Under the pieces are notes generated by a model. The model was not told where the DNA came from, did not search any database, and saw only the letters and a list, made by a program, of their open reading frames with translations. A stretch of DNA of 37,553 bases, taken from assembly GCA_030167865.1 (NCBI GenBank), contig JALAGF010001898.1, positions 1-37,553 of the forward strand, given 5' to 3'. This stretch comes from Craspedostauros australis (taxonomy: Eukaryota). Positions 20,211 to 30,852 of this stretch are shown here, one piece after another (position 1 is the stretch's first letter; every line of letters starts with the position of its first letter). Both the position numbers and the translations under genes were made by a program.

Positions 20211-21057
20211 TTCAAGTCGCGGCTCTCTCGCTCTCTCTCTCTTCGCCCCTTCATGGATTGGATGGCACGCATGAACAGCTGCACAATCATGCGAGTACGT
20301 TATGTGGTACTCTGTTCCACGGTTATGAAACAAACAAAAGGAGCGCAGGTCATGGTCGCGCCGAGAATAGTGTTGCGTTCATAGCAGTATTTCAGAGTGG
20401 ACTACACTCTCCATCACTTCCGTGAAGCAAACAAACGAACAAATGATGTGAGGAACAATGGAGGGAATGTGGAGACAATATCACTGAGCAGCCCACCAAA
20501 TGGATGAAACAGCAAGCGAGCGAATGAAGGTGCGGACGACTTCATGGCAGAATCAATGGGCAGCGCAATTCAATCGATGGCAAGCAGCAACAACATGGTG
20601 GAGGCACGTTCGACAACAACACGAACGAACAGGATGGAACAGAAAGAAGACTACTCTACGAGTCTTCGACTTCTCCTACAGATACAAAAAGTCGCAACCA
20701 CGACGTCGCAACCGCTGATGCCATCATCCCTTAAACTACATACTCAGAGTACTCTGCGGATATCCACAGCACACACTGCAACAATGCAAGAATATGAAAC
20801 AGACCAGCATCACAACAGCACCATGGTCGCAATCCAAACCAATCTCAACCGTCATAAGACGCAGGGATACAGTCATACAAAATATAGTATTATAATAGAT
20901 ATTATTGTATTTGTATGTAACATACGCACGGGCTATTACTCTCCAGAGTGCTCTATCATTTTGGAGAGTAGTTGTAGGAGCGCGTTGCTCACCAAGCTCC
21001 AGCAGTTGGTTGCCAGGGATGAAACATCACACAGAACCGCGACACTTTGGCGGTATC

Positions 21058-21113
21058 CATTGTTGCAGTTTTCATTGTTGCAGTTTTCATTGTTGCAGTT
21101 TTCATTCTTGCAG
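21058..21113. repeat. 15-bp tandem repeat (CATTGTTGCAGTTTT x3 + partial variant)
   Basis: Units at 21058-21072, 21073-21087 and 21088-21102, then CATTCTTGCAG. Confidence 0.95.
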
Positions 21114-21390
21114 ACTCGTGAATAAAACGGATCTCTTGATTTTGTGCATGAGAAAAATGAGGTGCTTGCGGATTCGTACATTGTCCATGTGTTTGTCTTC
21201 CATCTCAAAACGGTCATCCAGCATACAGGCTCGTCCTGTCTTCACCATACCCTTGTTCCAGTTGAGCAAACCACACCATACATCGATGTAGTGTACTCGT
21301 ACCATACTCCACTCCGCTCCACTTCAATCCACTCTAAAATCTCATCTATCAGTCCAACGATCGGTCCAAACAAATCCATCGGAGTGAATC

Positions 21391-23190
21391 ATGCCCTCTT
21401 CTACTCGTACCGGTGCCAATGACAAAAACGAACCGCGCAACAACAAGGCATCACGTGCGACGAAGCGTCCTCGTGTCCTGACCACTCGCACGAGCGCAAC
21501 AACGCATCAAGGCGTGCGCTGGGTGACGCTGATCCTGTGTGGCATCTCCATCGTCATGCTCTACAATGCGAGCATTTCGAACAAGGTGCTTCGCGGAGTC
21601 ATGGATGAGAACACACAATCGATCCAACCCGCATATGCTTACATGCAGGCGGCCACGGTCGACATCAAAGATGAAGCGCAGGCGGCAGTCTCACCGGATT
21701 TGGAATCGTCACAAGCAACGTCGCAAGCAACGCAAGAATCAGCCGATGGGCACAGCACCGATGTCCGAGCCAATGCGGATGTCAAGCACAATGCAAAGAG
21801 CGCCGCGCCCGAATCCAAAGAAATGCTTATCCAGCGATACAACGACAGGGTCCAGAAGGCCGTCGATCTGTCGCCTCGGCTCGACAAGAAGTGCGCAGCG
21901 GACCCAACAATCCAACCCATCCTCTCGACGTTGATGAATCCAGCGATGGATTGCCTCAAGAAGACCGTGGCCAACATGACAGAGCTGGTGTATCCCATCG
22001 ACGATGCGCATGCGCATTTCAACGAGATGCGCGTGGCGATGTCGGCTTGGGCGTTGCACAACCGAAGCATGGCCGAGACAGATTTCCAAAGATTCAAACC
22101 ATTGATCGAAAATCTCTTCATCGATCACTTCGAGGATATGTACGATGAGCGTGTGGATGCCGTTGCGCCGTCAACATCGTCGCATTTCTGTTTGCACGAG
22201 ATCTTCGGCCCGTACATTCCCATCTTCGTTGCCTGGACCACGCATGGAAGAGGGCCCAACTACATGAAGGTGCGGGCGAAGATGTGGGACACCATGAAGT
22301 CTGTCATGAGACCGGATGTGGCATACATCGTCGTCGACCAGAATGATCTTGGGCTGTTTCAAGACGTCCCTCGTTTTGTGCCCCAGGAGCATCCCAACCT
22401 CCTCATGCTGGCACCGTGTGGATACGGGCATGTTCCCGTGCCTCTCTTCCGAATGAACGAACCTGCTTTGGCCTATGATGCATCGCCATCACCATCACCA
22501 ACGCGAACCCAGGTGAAGGCACAGGCGCAGGAAGAAGCGATCAACGTTGCCAACATCACACAACGACCGATTCGGAAGCATCCTAGATACCGCAAGTATG
22601 TCACATCGTACGTAGGAAGCCGACGCAACGCGCCTGGTCATATGAGAATGAGGCTCATTCAGAAATTGACAGTCCTCAACGCAGATCCCAGAATCAGAGC
22701 TATCAACGGCAACACCCTGGACGTATTCAAATACCTGTACGATCCAAAATGGAGACATGTCATGGCCGACTCCTGCTTCTCATTCTGCCCTCGCGGAGCA
22801 GGCCGTGCATCCTACCACTTCATGGAGACGCTGCAGATGGGATTGATCCCCATCCATGTCTACATGGACTACCCCTGGATTCCGTACAAGGACTTTCTGT
22901 TGCGGGAGGAGCTGGTCTTCCTCATGCAGCATGGCACCCTGGCTGGATTGGTCGAGCACAAGCTGCTGCCGGCGACCGCCCCATCGCAGACCGCCGAGTG
23001 GACTTTTGAACGGATCCTCGAAACGGAGAAGCGCATTCTGTCGTATCGCGACAGTCACTTTTCGTTTGAGGGTGCGATGGCGCAGATCAGTGCGTTCATG
23101 TTGGACCCCTCCAAGTCGGACCTACAGTGTGAGCAGCTGCCAAAGCACGCAGCCCTTGAAAACGAACTCACGTTGGTCAAGGGACTGTAG
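21391..23190 (+). CDS. Exostosin-like (GT47 family) glycosyltransferase, type II membrane protein (599 aa)
   Basis: Basic N-tail, a single TM segment (WVTLILCGISIVMLY) and a stem region. C-terminal GT47-like signature MADSCFSFCPRGAGRASYHFMETLQMGLIPIHVYMDYPWIPY. Confidence 0.85.
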   Translation: MPSSTRTGANDKNEPRNNKASRATKRPRVLTTRTSATTHQGVRWVTLILCGISIVMLYNASISNKVLRGVMDENTQSIQPAYAYMQAATVDIKDEAQAAVSPDLESSQATSQATQESADGHSTDVRANADVKHNAKSAAPESKEMLIQRYNDRVQKAVDLSPRLDKKCAADPTIQPILSTLMNPAMDCLKKTVANMTELVYPIDDAHAHFNEMRVAMSAWALHNRSMAETDFQRFKPLIENLFIDHFEDMYDERVDAVAPSTSSHFCLHEIFGPYIPIFVAWTTHGRGPNYMKVRAKMWDTMKSVMRPDVAYIVVDQNDLGLFQDVPRFVPQEHPNLLMLAPCGYGHVPVPLFRMNEPALAYDASPSPSPTRTQVKAQAQEEAINVANITQRPIRKHPRYRKYVTSYVGSRRNAPGHMRMRLIQKLTVLNADPRIRAINGNTLDVFKYLYDPKWRHVMADSCFSFCPRGAGRASYHFMETLQMGLIPIHVYMDYPWIPYKDFLLREELVFLMQHGTLAGLVEHKLLPATAPSQTAEWTFERILETEKRILSYRDSHFSFEGAMAQISAFMLDPSKSDLQCEQLPKHAALENELTLVKGL

Positions 23191-23661
23191 AGGCTTGCGG
23201 CCAGCACACTGGCGTACGAGTACTAATACGGCTACGCAAGCATATGTCTTTGAATACAGTACGGCCGTACGTGCACAATCAGGAAGTGGAAGTGCAGCGG
23301 AGCAGAGTAAAGCAGAGTATTCTGCAGAGAGTAGAGTGGAGCTACCAAGTGCTCCACTCAACCACCCTCTACCCCCCTCCACACCACCACAATTCACAAC
23401 GAGTGTACTTGTGTACTCTGCCTAGACTTATGCACGTACGGCTACGCATGACTTGACTCAATAACCGCATGATTGCTGAGAATGGTTCTCCACTCTACTC
23501 TGTGTCTTTGGAGCGGAGCACGTACAAACGTCAGAGCACGTGCACACTAATACATCCATACATCATAGAATAAGTCCATACATCCATGTTGGTGAAATAG
23601 AATGGAGTACTCCACGATGCTGTGCTCTACTCGACTTTAGTTTTGCGTTCATGTTCGTATT

Positions 23662-26600
23662 CTAAACACACAGCATCTCGGCGCGCTCAACATTGCCCAG
23701 CTCTGCGGTCGCCTCCTTCATACCGGGATGGTCCTCATCCAACGACGCACCCCTGTAGCATTGCAGCGCCTTCTCGATGTTCGCGGTCGCATTCTCGAAC
23801 CGGCAGCATCGCAAGTCCATGCGTCCCATCTGTACGTAGATGTCACCAACGTCGGGGTGGTTGGTGCCCACCGCTTGCTCGGCGATGGGGATGGCCTGCT
23901 CGAACAGCTTCGCCGCTTCCGCAGTCTCCCCGCGTGCCACCAAGCAGGTGGCCTTGCAGGACATGGCGATGGCCACGTCCAGGTGCTTGTCGCTCAGGGA
24001 TTCCGTGCGGATGTTCAACGCCGCGTCGGCAATGTGCAGCGCCTTCTTCACGCGGTTGCGCTTCAGATGCAGCTTCGCGATCTCGACCAAAGTCGTTGCC
24101 TGTGCCGGATGGTCCATGCCCAGGAACTCCAACCGCATGTTGTAGCACTTCTCGAACGTTATCAACGCCGCTGCGATGCCACCGTCCTTGTGCGCTTGCG
24201 CGATGCCGAGGCTGTGCAGCGTCTCGGCAATGTTGGGGTGGCGTTCGCCATGGATCTCGTTCTGCATCTGCAGCACGTACTCGAACTCCTCGAAGGCCGA
24301 TGGGAGGTCAGCCTCGTACACAGTGTACAGATTGCCGATCTCACGAATCGTGCGCAACGTGGCGGGGTGCATGTCACCGATCAGTCGGTGCTGGATCTCC
24401 AGCGCTTCGCGGAAGCTCTCCATGGCGGCCGTGTAACGGCAGAGCCGCGAATGGATGATACCAATCTGGAACATGGTGGCCGCGACGGTCTCGTGCTCGT
24501 TGCCCACCTTGCTGATCAGGCTCTTCAGCGACAGCTGCATCAGCTCGAGCGCCTTCTGGAATCTGCCAAGGTCGTAGTACACCGCCGCCTTCAATATCTG
24601 CCCGATTGTCTGCTGCACATCATCCTGTCCCAGCTTGGCCTGCGCGTCGCTGGCCTGTTCGTAATAATCCAGGGCCTCCATGTACAGTCCAGCACGGCGA
24701 CTGAGCATGCCAAGACTGTTGAGCGTCTCAGTCTTCTGCTCCAAGTCCGCACCTTCGCCCAGGAACTGCAGCTTCTCTTCGAAAAACGCGATGGCCATGC
24801 GGTAGCTGCCGCGATCGTCGTGGGCGCGACCGATCACCTCCAGCATCCCGCCCTCGATGAACGTGCTGTAGCCATCGTTGTTGGACTGGATGGTGGACAG
24901 CGAGTTGCGTTCCTTGTAGTACACGGCGCCGATCTGAATCAGAGTTTGTGACACGAGGGGGTGCTTGAGATCTTCACCGATGCATTCCTTCAGGATGTGC
25001 AGTGCCTCCTTGTGATTCTCCATCGCCAGGTCGAATTCGCCCTGTCGCGCCAGCACATTGCCGATGCAGTTCAGGGTCTTGGCGACCTCCTCGTGGTAGT
25101 CGCCAAACGCAGTCTCCTGCAGCTGCTTCGCCTCCGAGTAGCATGATAACGCCAGCTGGTACTGGGCATGATCGCAGTGAACGTTCGCAAGAATATGCAG
25201 GGATCGTGCTGCTTCGGCCAGATTGCCGTGTGCTTTCTGGATCTGGAGAGCTCGCGATACGCATGCGACGGTGGCGTCCGAACGCCGTGTCTTGGTGTAG
25301 AGAACGGACAGCTTGAACAACGTCGTGGCAACCGCGGCACTGTCCTTACCATGAACCTCCTCCTCGCGCTTCAGCAGTGCCTCCAAATCCGCAATCTCAG
25401 TTGCCAACGTATTGTGCTTCGAGTTTTCCTTTGGTGTCGGCGCAACTGCACCCACGCTCGCAGACGCGGTGATTTGACGATCCGCAGATGCAGCGACCCT
25501 CGGCCTCGAGGGGCTGTTCGGAGCGGAAGCATCAGCAGCGACGACATTCGGTGTGGATCCGTGCAGCGATATCTCCGTGCATTCGACGCCTTCGTCGGTG
25601 GCTTCGAAGGTGAAAGATTGGCTCACGACCGATTGGATATCGCGCTTGATGCTGGCATCGTTGGATGCCGCGTTGATCGTGTCGCGCGAGACGACAGCCG
25701 AAGATGATCGGCTATTGGCAACGCTGGGCGTTGCTCTGTCCCGGCTCGAAGCATCATGGTGGTTGGATTCGGCCCTGCTGCTATCCTCAAAACTCTTGAC
25801 GCTTCGCTTCTTGCCACCATCTGTCTTCGTCCTTCCGGTTGTAGTCTTCGTTTTCGACTTTGTTGTCGTCGTGCCGGTGGGGGCAGCTGCGACATTACCA
25901 CCACCGTTGTTGCCGTTAGAGTTGTCAGATTCGGATTCCAGGTCAGAATCGAAGTCCAACGGACGGACCTTGACGAGGTCATGGAATGTCTTGCCAGTCA
26001 GTAAACCACCGGCCGCCTGCTGGACGGCCTGGCTGATGGATGGGAACCAACCCTCCACACCTTCGGAACTGACGCCCCACCACCATTGGCCTTCCTGGCT
26101 GGATTGCTTGGGTTCAGGTGGATCCACAATGAACGTGATCACGGACACACCATCGTCGTAATCATATTCAATTCCTCGGTTGGCGTTGCGAGGGTCACCC
26201 CCATTACCCTTGCCATCACCATCACCGACACCGTTCCCAATACCATTACTCTCAGCGCTGCTGCTATTGCCGTCGCCACTGCCATTTCCGTTCGCATCAC
26301 TTCCATGAGATGCCACGGGAGTCCCGGCCGATGGTCTTTGGGTGTGATGTACGGTCACCGTACGGACCGGAGGTCGAATATGTAGGCCTTGCGCAATTTC
26401 TTTGTCGGCCTCCTCGATGAGCTCCTCCACGGTACTCTTGACTGGCCGACGTGGCGATCGCTGGGATTTCGTTCTCTCCGTCGTCGTTGTCTGCCGAGAC
26501 TTCGGCTCCGGAGAGGGTGATGACGCGGTGGTGGCAACGCCTGAGTTGCGACGTGTGCTCGTTTTGGAGCGACGGAAAGGGCTCGAGAACGCCTTGACGA

Positions 26601-29600
26601 TTCGGTTCTTCGTCGATGTGGACGATATGGACGTGTCCACCTTCAAATCGCCCATCATGCTCCCGTCTCCATCCTTGGTGCGAGGCTTGAGACCGTGCGA
26701 GCGACTGCCAGACAGAGATGGCAGTTTCAGCATCTTCGACCCGCCGCTCCCTGCGCCAGATCTGTCCTTTCGAGCTCCCGGATTGAGTAATCCGGTACGA
26801 GAAGATTCGCCTGGCGACGGGGAACTTCGTGTGGGGGACGCGATGGCACGCAGCATCGGGCTTTCCGGCATGCTGTGTCGGTTGTCGATGAAGTCGTGAG
26901 CGCCGTATTCGCTACCACCATTGCTTCGATGCAGCATGTTGGCCGTCGCTGCTGTCATCATACTCAATGAAAGCTGTGCGGCCGTTGCGGATGATGCCTG
27001 AGCGAATGATCTCGACGTCTCCATGCCTAGGCCATCGTCGAGGGACACCGTGCCCGGCGCGCCACGAGTACCAAACGCAACCTCTCTATCCACATCGTCG
27101 GCGTGTCTCTCAAACGCGTTCGTTTCAAAGAAGTGCGCGACGCTTGCAACGTTGCCGTCTCTGCCACCAAAACCCACGTTGCCGCCATGGTCGTTCTCAA
27201 TCAGCGCGGCATCAAACAGGTTGGAGCCCCAGTTGGAGGGCGATTCGTCGTGAACCGATAAGTTGCCTTCCGAAACTTGCACCGATGATTGATCGTTGGA
27301 CGGGTGAGACACGATGCCCATGGCGAGATGGTAATCGCTGGAATCCAACGACGTCGCACGACGGTGCGTTTTATGTTTGCTTCCTGCCGGGGATGGTGCG
27401 TTCATGCAATCGTCATTTTCATCTTCGTGTTCGTCTGTGGTGACCGTCGGGGCGGTTGCCTTGGTCGTTTTGGGTGAGAGGGACAGCATCTGCTTTTGCA
27501 ACCGTTGATGGCGCAGCGTGCGAGCCGTCAGCGTGGAAGATGGTGAAATGCTGCGTTTTGGCTTGGCACTCTTCTGCGTAAATTCAAAGCTGTGCGAATC
27601 CAATCGGCCATGATGTTGTATTGATGTTCCTGCAGCACCGTTGGTCGTCGTCGGTGGTGGTGGTGGTGGTGGTGGTGTTGTTGCTGACAATGTATGTGGG
27701 GATAAAAGCAAGGCCGATGATCTCGTGGACAGAGATGATTTCGATGAACTTTCGAAGGTGGCAACTGTGGTGCTGGACGTGTTGACCAACTTGTTCGAAT
27801 TCGAGTTCTGGTGCGTGAGAGAGCTCGGAGTGACAGGTGCACCACACACAATGTTGTTATCAGCCTCAACAAAGAAGTTGACGGATCCGTCATGCGACGA
27901 TTGGCCATCATGGTGGAAAACGCCGGCACTCTCTGGAACGTGTCCCTGTTCCGACTTGGATTGTGAAGGTATTTCGTGACCACCATCTTGCGGAGCTTTG
28001 GCATTGTCAGTGTTGGGCGCGTCACTGGAATCGAAGGATTGCGATGGTGGCAGTGGCAGGTTCATTTTCACCAACTCGGCAGGGCTGTGTTCCATGACAT
28101 CGTCAATAGTGACGCCTTGTCCATTCTCAGTGGCATGACTGTTGGCAAACACGCCATGCGGTTGCCATGACGGCTGTGGCTGTTCCTGTGACGGCATTGA
28201 AAGGAGTTGGATGTTGTCCAAGTCTTCCTCGTCGCTGTCTTCTTCATCTTTGGATGCTGCGGTGCCCAAGAGGGTGGAATCGTCCTCCTTTTTTTCTTCG
28301 ATGGTGGACAGGGACCGGCAGAAGTTGTACATGAACCGGCCGTCGACCATGGCAGCGGAATCGCTGTTGGACGGAAATCTTCCGTTGGAACTCTCTCTGT
28401 AGGGCGCGACGCATGTGCTGGATACAGTTTGCAGAGATGCCACTGCTTGCCCATTGCCATGCATTGCGTTTTCGCTCTGATCATTGCCATCCTTGTTGTT
28501 TGCGGCGGACGCGCTGATGGAACGATTAACCGTCGCTGCAACATCTTCCACATTCGCATCATCGATATCCGTGTCATCCGCCTTGACCGACGCGAATTCA
28601 ATCTGTTGCAGAAGCTCGTAGACTTGCAGCTCCTCGGTGGTGTCGTTGGACAGCCGGGCAAACCACTCCAACGATTCGAGGAGGTACTGGTTGGCTTGCG
28701 CGAATTCCCGCAGCTGAAAATGAGCACGTCCAATCTCGCGGTGGAGCACGGCCAGTTCCAGCCGGCGCTGTTGTCGCACCGGTGCATTCGCACCATCGTC
28801 ACCATCTGAGTCACCATCATCGTGCAGGATGACGAGGTAAGTATCGAGCGCGGCCTTGTAGAGGTCCAGACCACCCTCGACGTTGTCCTGGCAGATGAGG
28901 ACGTGTCCCAAGGGTTGCAGAGCGCGCGCGACGGGCAGCGATTCCTGTCCATGTTTCTGGCACTGCTGCAACAGGAGGGTTTCCCAGCACTGCAGGGCCA
29001 GGTCGTATTCTCCCGTTTGCATGAGCTGCTGCGCCTGCTGTTGCGTGACGTTGAAATGGATTTCGTCATCGTCATCGCTGTGGTTGCCATCGGCGTTGTA
29101 GAGCGATATTGCGGCGAAAGGCGAATTGACTGGAGTTGGATGTGCCGATACGGGAGATCGTTCGGGCTGTTGATGCTGTGCGTGTTGTTGTATTTGAATT
29201 CGCAGGGGCGATACGTCCGCATGCGCTGGTGCCATTGCGTCGTTGACGGGGTCTGAGGTTTGAGCATCATTTAACGATGGGTACTGCTCAACATCATGCT
29301 CAGATTGTTGTTGCTGCTGTATGGCTGGAGCAAAGGTGACATTCTTGCGCCGCAGAGGCTGCTTCTTCGATGTATGCAGAACGGAAGGCAGAGCCGCTTC
29401 CTGTGACGCAAGGGGCGCGGTATCCACAACAGAACCAAGAACATCATGCTGCTGATGATGGATTGTGTCAATGGACATGTTGAGTCGAATGGAATGAGCG
29501 TGGCTGCTGTTGTCATTGTCGGTGCTGTCATCGATGTTGGTCTCGTGATCCGCGTTTGCTGCTTGATGTTCGTCTCCATGCTGTTGCTGTCCATCCTGAT

Positions 29601-30852
29601 CGACGTTGCTGTTGCCATCATGACCATCGACGTCGCTGTTGCCATCATCCACAACACCATCATGATCCGCATCACCATCATGCTCCTCCAAAGACTGCTC
29701 CCGCAAAAGCCTGCGCCGCAGCCTGCGCTGCTGCTTCTCCGTGATGAGATGCTCAATATGCGACATGCGCTGCAGGATGGTGCGACGCTGCTTCTCGACT
29801 CGTGGCGGCATGGCATCGTCAAGGTAATGCAAGGCCAGCTGGTAGAGACGGTTGGCTTCGTGCAGATCGTGCGAGAATTCAGCCGTGAGACGGGCCAGCT
29901 GCTGGTAGCTCTGACTCAGGAGATGTGCGCAGCGATCGTGGTCGATGGGGCTGAAGGATATGTGATCGTAAACGACCTGGTAGATGTTGCAGGGATTGAC
30001 CTTGGGTTGCGTTGTGTTGGTTGCGGATGGAGGTTGTCCATCTGCCGCTGCTGGTCCTTCCACTGCATTGGATGAGCTGAGTTGCATGGCATCCAGGGTG
30101 CGTTCCATGAATTGAATGGCCTCCTGATGGCACTGCATGGCATTCTCGTATTGGTAGCAGTACTTGGAGTATATGTGCGCCCTGGTTTGCAGGGTCTCCA
30201 CGAGCAGCTGCGTGAGACAGACCGCCGCGGTTGTCATCAAGGCATTGTTACCATTGTCACTGTTGCCATTGGCATTGGCATTGCCGTTGTGACCATTGCT
30301 GTCGCCATCGCCCGTTGCATCCATGTTGAGGCTGCCATCAGCATTGGCATTCGAAGCAGTCGTATTGCCATCGCAGTACTCTAGAATATCCCAGCAATGC
30401 TGATACAGGGCCTGACTCTGGCAAATGAAGACGACCGCCTGCTCGTAGTTCTGTATCTTCTTCGCCAACGCCCCTAGATTGAAGAGGGTCGCAGCCGCGT
30501 TGCACCATTCGATGAAGCTGGCCGTGGCATCGTCGCTGCCGGATCGTTTGGCATTGGCCTTGGCTTCGTATTCGCGCAGCGCCTTCTGGTAGTAGTCCAT
30601 GGCCTGGTGGTAGTGGCCTTGCTGGATGCATTTGGAAGCCAAGGAGGAGTACGGCGACACAGTGGTGGCGTTCATGGCATTGCCATTCGTGTGGACGCTG
30701 CTGGCGGAACCGAAGCTGCTGCTGTTGCTGCTGGATGTCATGGATGTCATGGAGGCCATGGAGGAAGCCGCTGATCTGGCAGATGGAGACAGAGCCCCAG
30801 ACGGCGAAGCGACGGACGCCGAGTTGGTCGGTGATGGCACTAGCGTTGTCAT
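23662..30852 (-). CDS. Very large TPR-repeat protein (2396 aa; kinesin-light-chain/nephrocystin-3-type TPRs) with a long disordered centre
   Basis: 7.2-kb uninterrupted ORF. N-terminal and internal TPRs (AAATLFNLGALA; VARALQPLGHVL; LAVLHREIGRAHF). C-terminal array of ~42-aa repeats (HEEVAKTLNCIGNV; HPLVSQTLIQIGAV; HETVAATMFQIG; HPNIAETLHSLG; HPDVGDIYVQMG). Confidence 0.93.
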   Translation of the reverse strand: MTTLVPSPTNSASVASPSGALSPSARSAASSMASMTSMTSSSNSSSFGSASSVHTNGNAMNATTVSPYSSLASKCIQQGHYHQAMDYYQKALREYEAKANAKRSGSDDATASFIEWCNAAATLFNLGALAKKIQNYEQAVVFICQSQALYQHCWDILEYCDGNTTASNANADGSLNMDATGDGDSNGHNGNANANGNSDNGNNALMTTAAVCLTQLLVETLQTRAHIYSKYCYQYENAMQCHQEAIQFMERTLDAMQLSSSNAVEGPAAADGQPPSATNTTQPKVNPCNIYQVVYDHISFSPIDHDRCAHLLSQSYQQLARLTAEFSHDLHEANRLYQLALHYLDDAMPPRVEKQRRTILQRMSHIEHLITEKQQRRLRRRLLREQSLEEHDGDADHDGVVDDGNSDVDGHDGNSNVDQDGQQQHGDEHQAANADHETNIDDSTDNDNSSHAHSIRLNMSIDTIHHQQHDVLGSVVDTAPLASQEAALPSVLHTSKKQPLRRKNVTFAPAIQQQQQSEHDVEQYPSLNDAQTSDPVNDAMAPAHADVSPLRIQIQQHAQHQQPERSPVSAHPTPVNSPFAAISLYNADGNHSDDDDEIHFNVTQQQAQQLMQTGEYDLALQCWETLLLQQCQKHGQESLPVARALQPLGHVLICQDNVEGGLDLYKAALDTYLVILHDDGDSDGDDGANAPVRQQRRLELAVLHREIGRAHFQLREFAQANQYLLESLEWFARLSNDTTEELQVYELLQQIEFASVKADDTDIDDANVEDVAATVNRSISASAANNKDGNDQSENAMHGNGQAVASLQTVSSTCVAPYRESSNGRFPSNSDSAAMVDGRFMYNFCRSLSTIEEKKEDDSTLLGTAASKDEEDSDEEDLDNIQLLSMPSQEQPQPSWQPHGVFANSHATENGQGVTIDDVMEHSPAELVKMNLPLPPSQSFDSSDAPNTDNAKAPQDGGHEIPSQSKSEQGHVPESAGVFHHDGQSSHDGSVNFFVEADNNIVCGAPVTPSSLTHQNSNSNKLVNTSSTTVATFESSSKSSLSTRSSALLLSPHTLSATTPPPPPPPPTTTNGAAGTSIQHHGRLDSHSFEFTQKSAKPKRSISPSSTLTARTLRHQRLQKQMLSLSPKTTKATAPTVTTDEHEDENDDCMNAPSPAGSKHKTHRRATSLDSSDYHLAMGIVSHPSNDQSSVQVSEGNLSVHDESPSNWGSNLFDAALIENDHGGNVGFGGRDGNVASVAHFFETNAFERHADDVDREVAFGTRGAPGTVSLDDGLGMETSRSFAQASSATAAQLSLSMMTAATANMLHRSNGGSEYGAHDFIDNRHSMPESPMLRAIASPTRSSPSPGESSRTGLLNPGARKDRSGAGSGGSKMLKLPSLSGSRSHGLKPRTKDGDGSMMGDLKVDTSISSTSTKNRIVKAFSSPFRRSKTSTRRNSGVATTASSPSPEPKSRQTTTTERTKSQRSPRRPVKSTVEELIEEADKEIAQGLHIRPPVRTVTVHHTQRPSAGTPVASHGSDANGNGSGDGNSSSAESNGIGNGVGDGDGKGNGGDPRNANRGIEYDYDDGVSVITFIVDPPEPKQSSQEGQWWWGVSSEGVEGWFPSISQAVQQAAGGLLTGKTFHDLVKVRPLDFDSDLESESDNSNGNNGGGNVAAAPTGTTTTKSKTKTTTGRTKTDGGKKRSVKSFEDSSRAESNHHDASSRDRATPSVANSRSSSAVVSRDTINAASNDASIKRDIQSVVSQSFTFEATDEGVECTEISLHGSTPNVVAADASAPNSPSRPRVAASADRQITASASVGAVAPTPKENSKHNTLATEIADLEALLKREEEVHGKDSAAVATTLFKLSVLYTKTRRSDATVACVSRALQIQKAHGNLAEAARSLHILANVHCDHAQYQLALSCYSEAKQLQETAFGDYHEEVAKTLNCIGNVLARQGEFDLAMENHKEALHILKECIGEDLKHPLVSQTLIQIGAVYYKERNSLSTIQSNNDGYSTFIEGGMLEVIGRAHDDRGSYRMAIAFFEEKLQFLGEGADLEQKTETLNSLGMLSRRAGLYMEALDYYEQASDAQAKLGQDDVQQTIGQILKAAVYYDLGRFQKALELMQLSLKSLISKVGNEHETVAATMFQIGIIHSRLCRYTAAMESFREALEIQHRLIGDMHPATLRTIREIGNLYTVYEADLPSAFEEFEYVLQMQNEIHGERHPNIAETLHSLGIAQAHKDGGIAAALITFEKCYNMRLEFLGMDHPAQATTLVEIAKLHLKRNRVKKALHIADAALNIRTESLSDKHLDVAIAMSCKATCLVARGETAEAAKLFEQAIPIAEQAVGTNHPDVGDIYVQMGRMDLRCCRFENATANIEKALQCYRGASLDEDHPGMKEATAELGNVERAEMLCV

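Noticed and set aside
20220..21050. ORF 20544-21125 and neighbours
   Set aside because: AT-richer, no codon bias, and runs through a minisatellite; not supported as coding.
21058..21113. Short direct repeats here and at 16227 and 33469 as possible CRISPR-like arrays
   Set aside because: Head-to-tail minisatellites without spacers, no cas genes, eukaryotic context.
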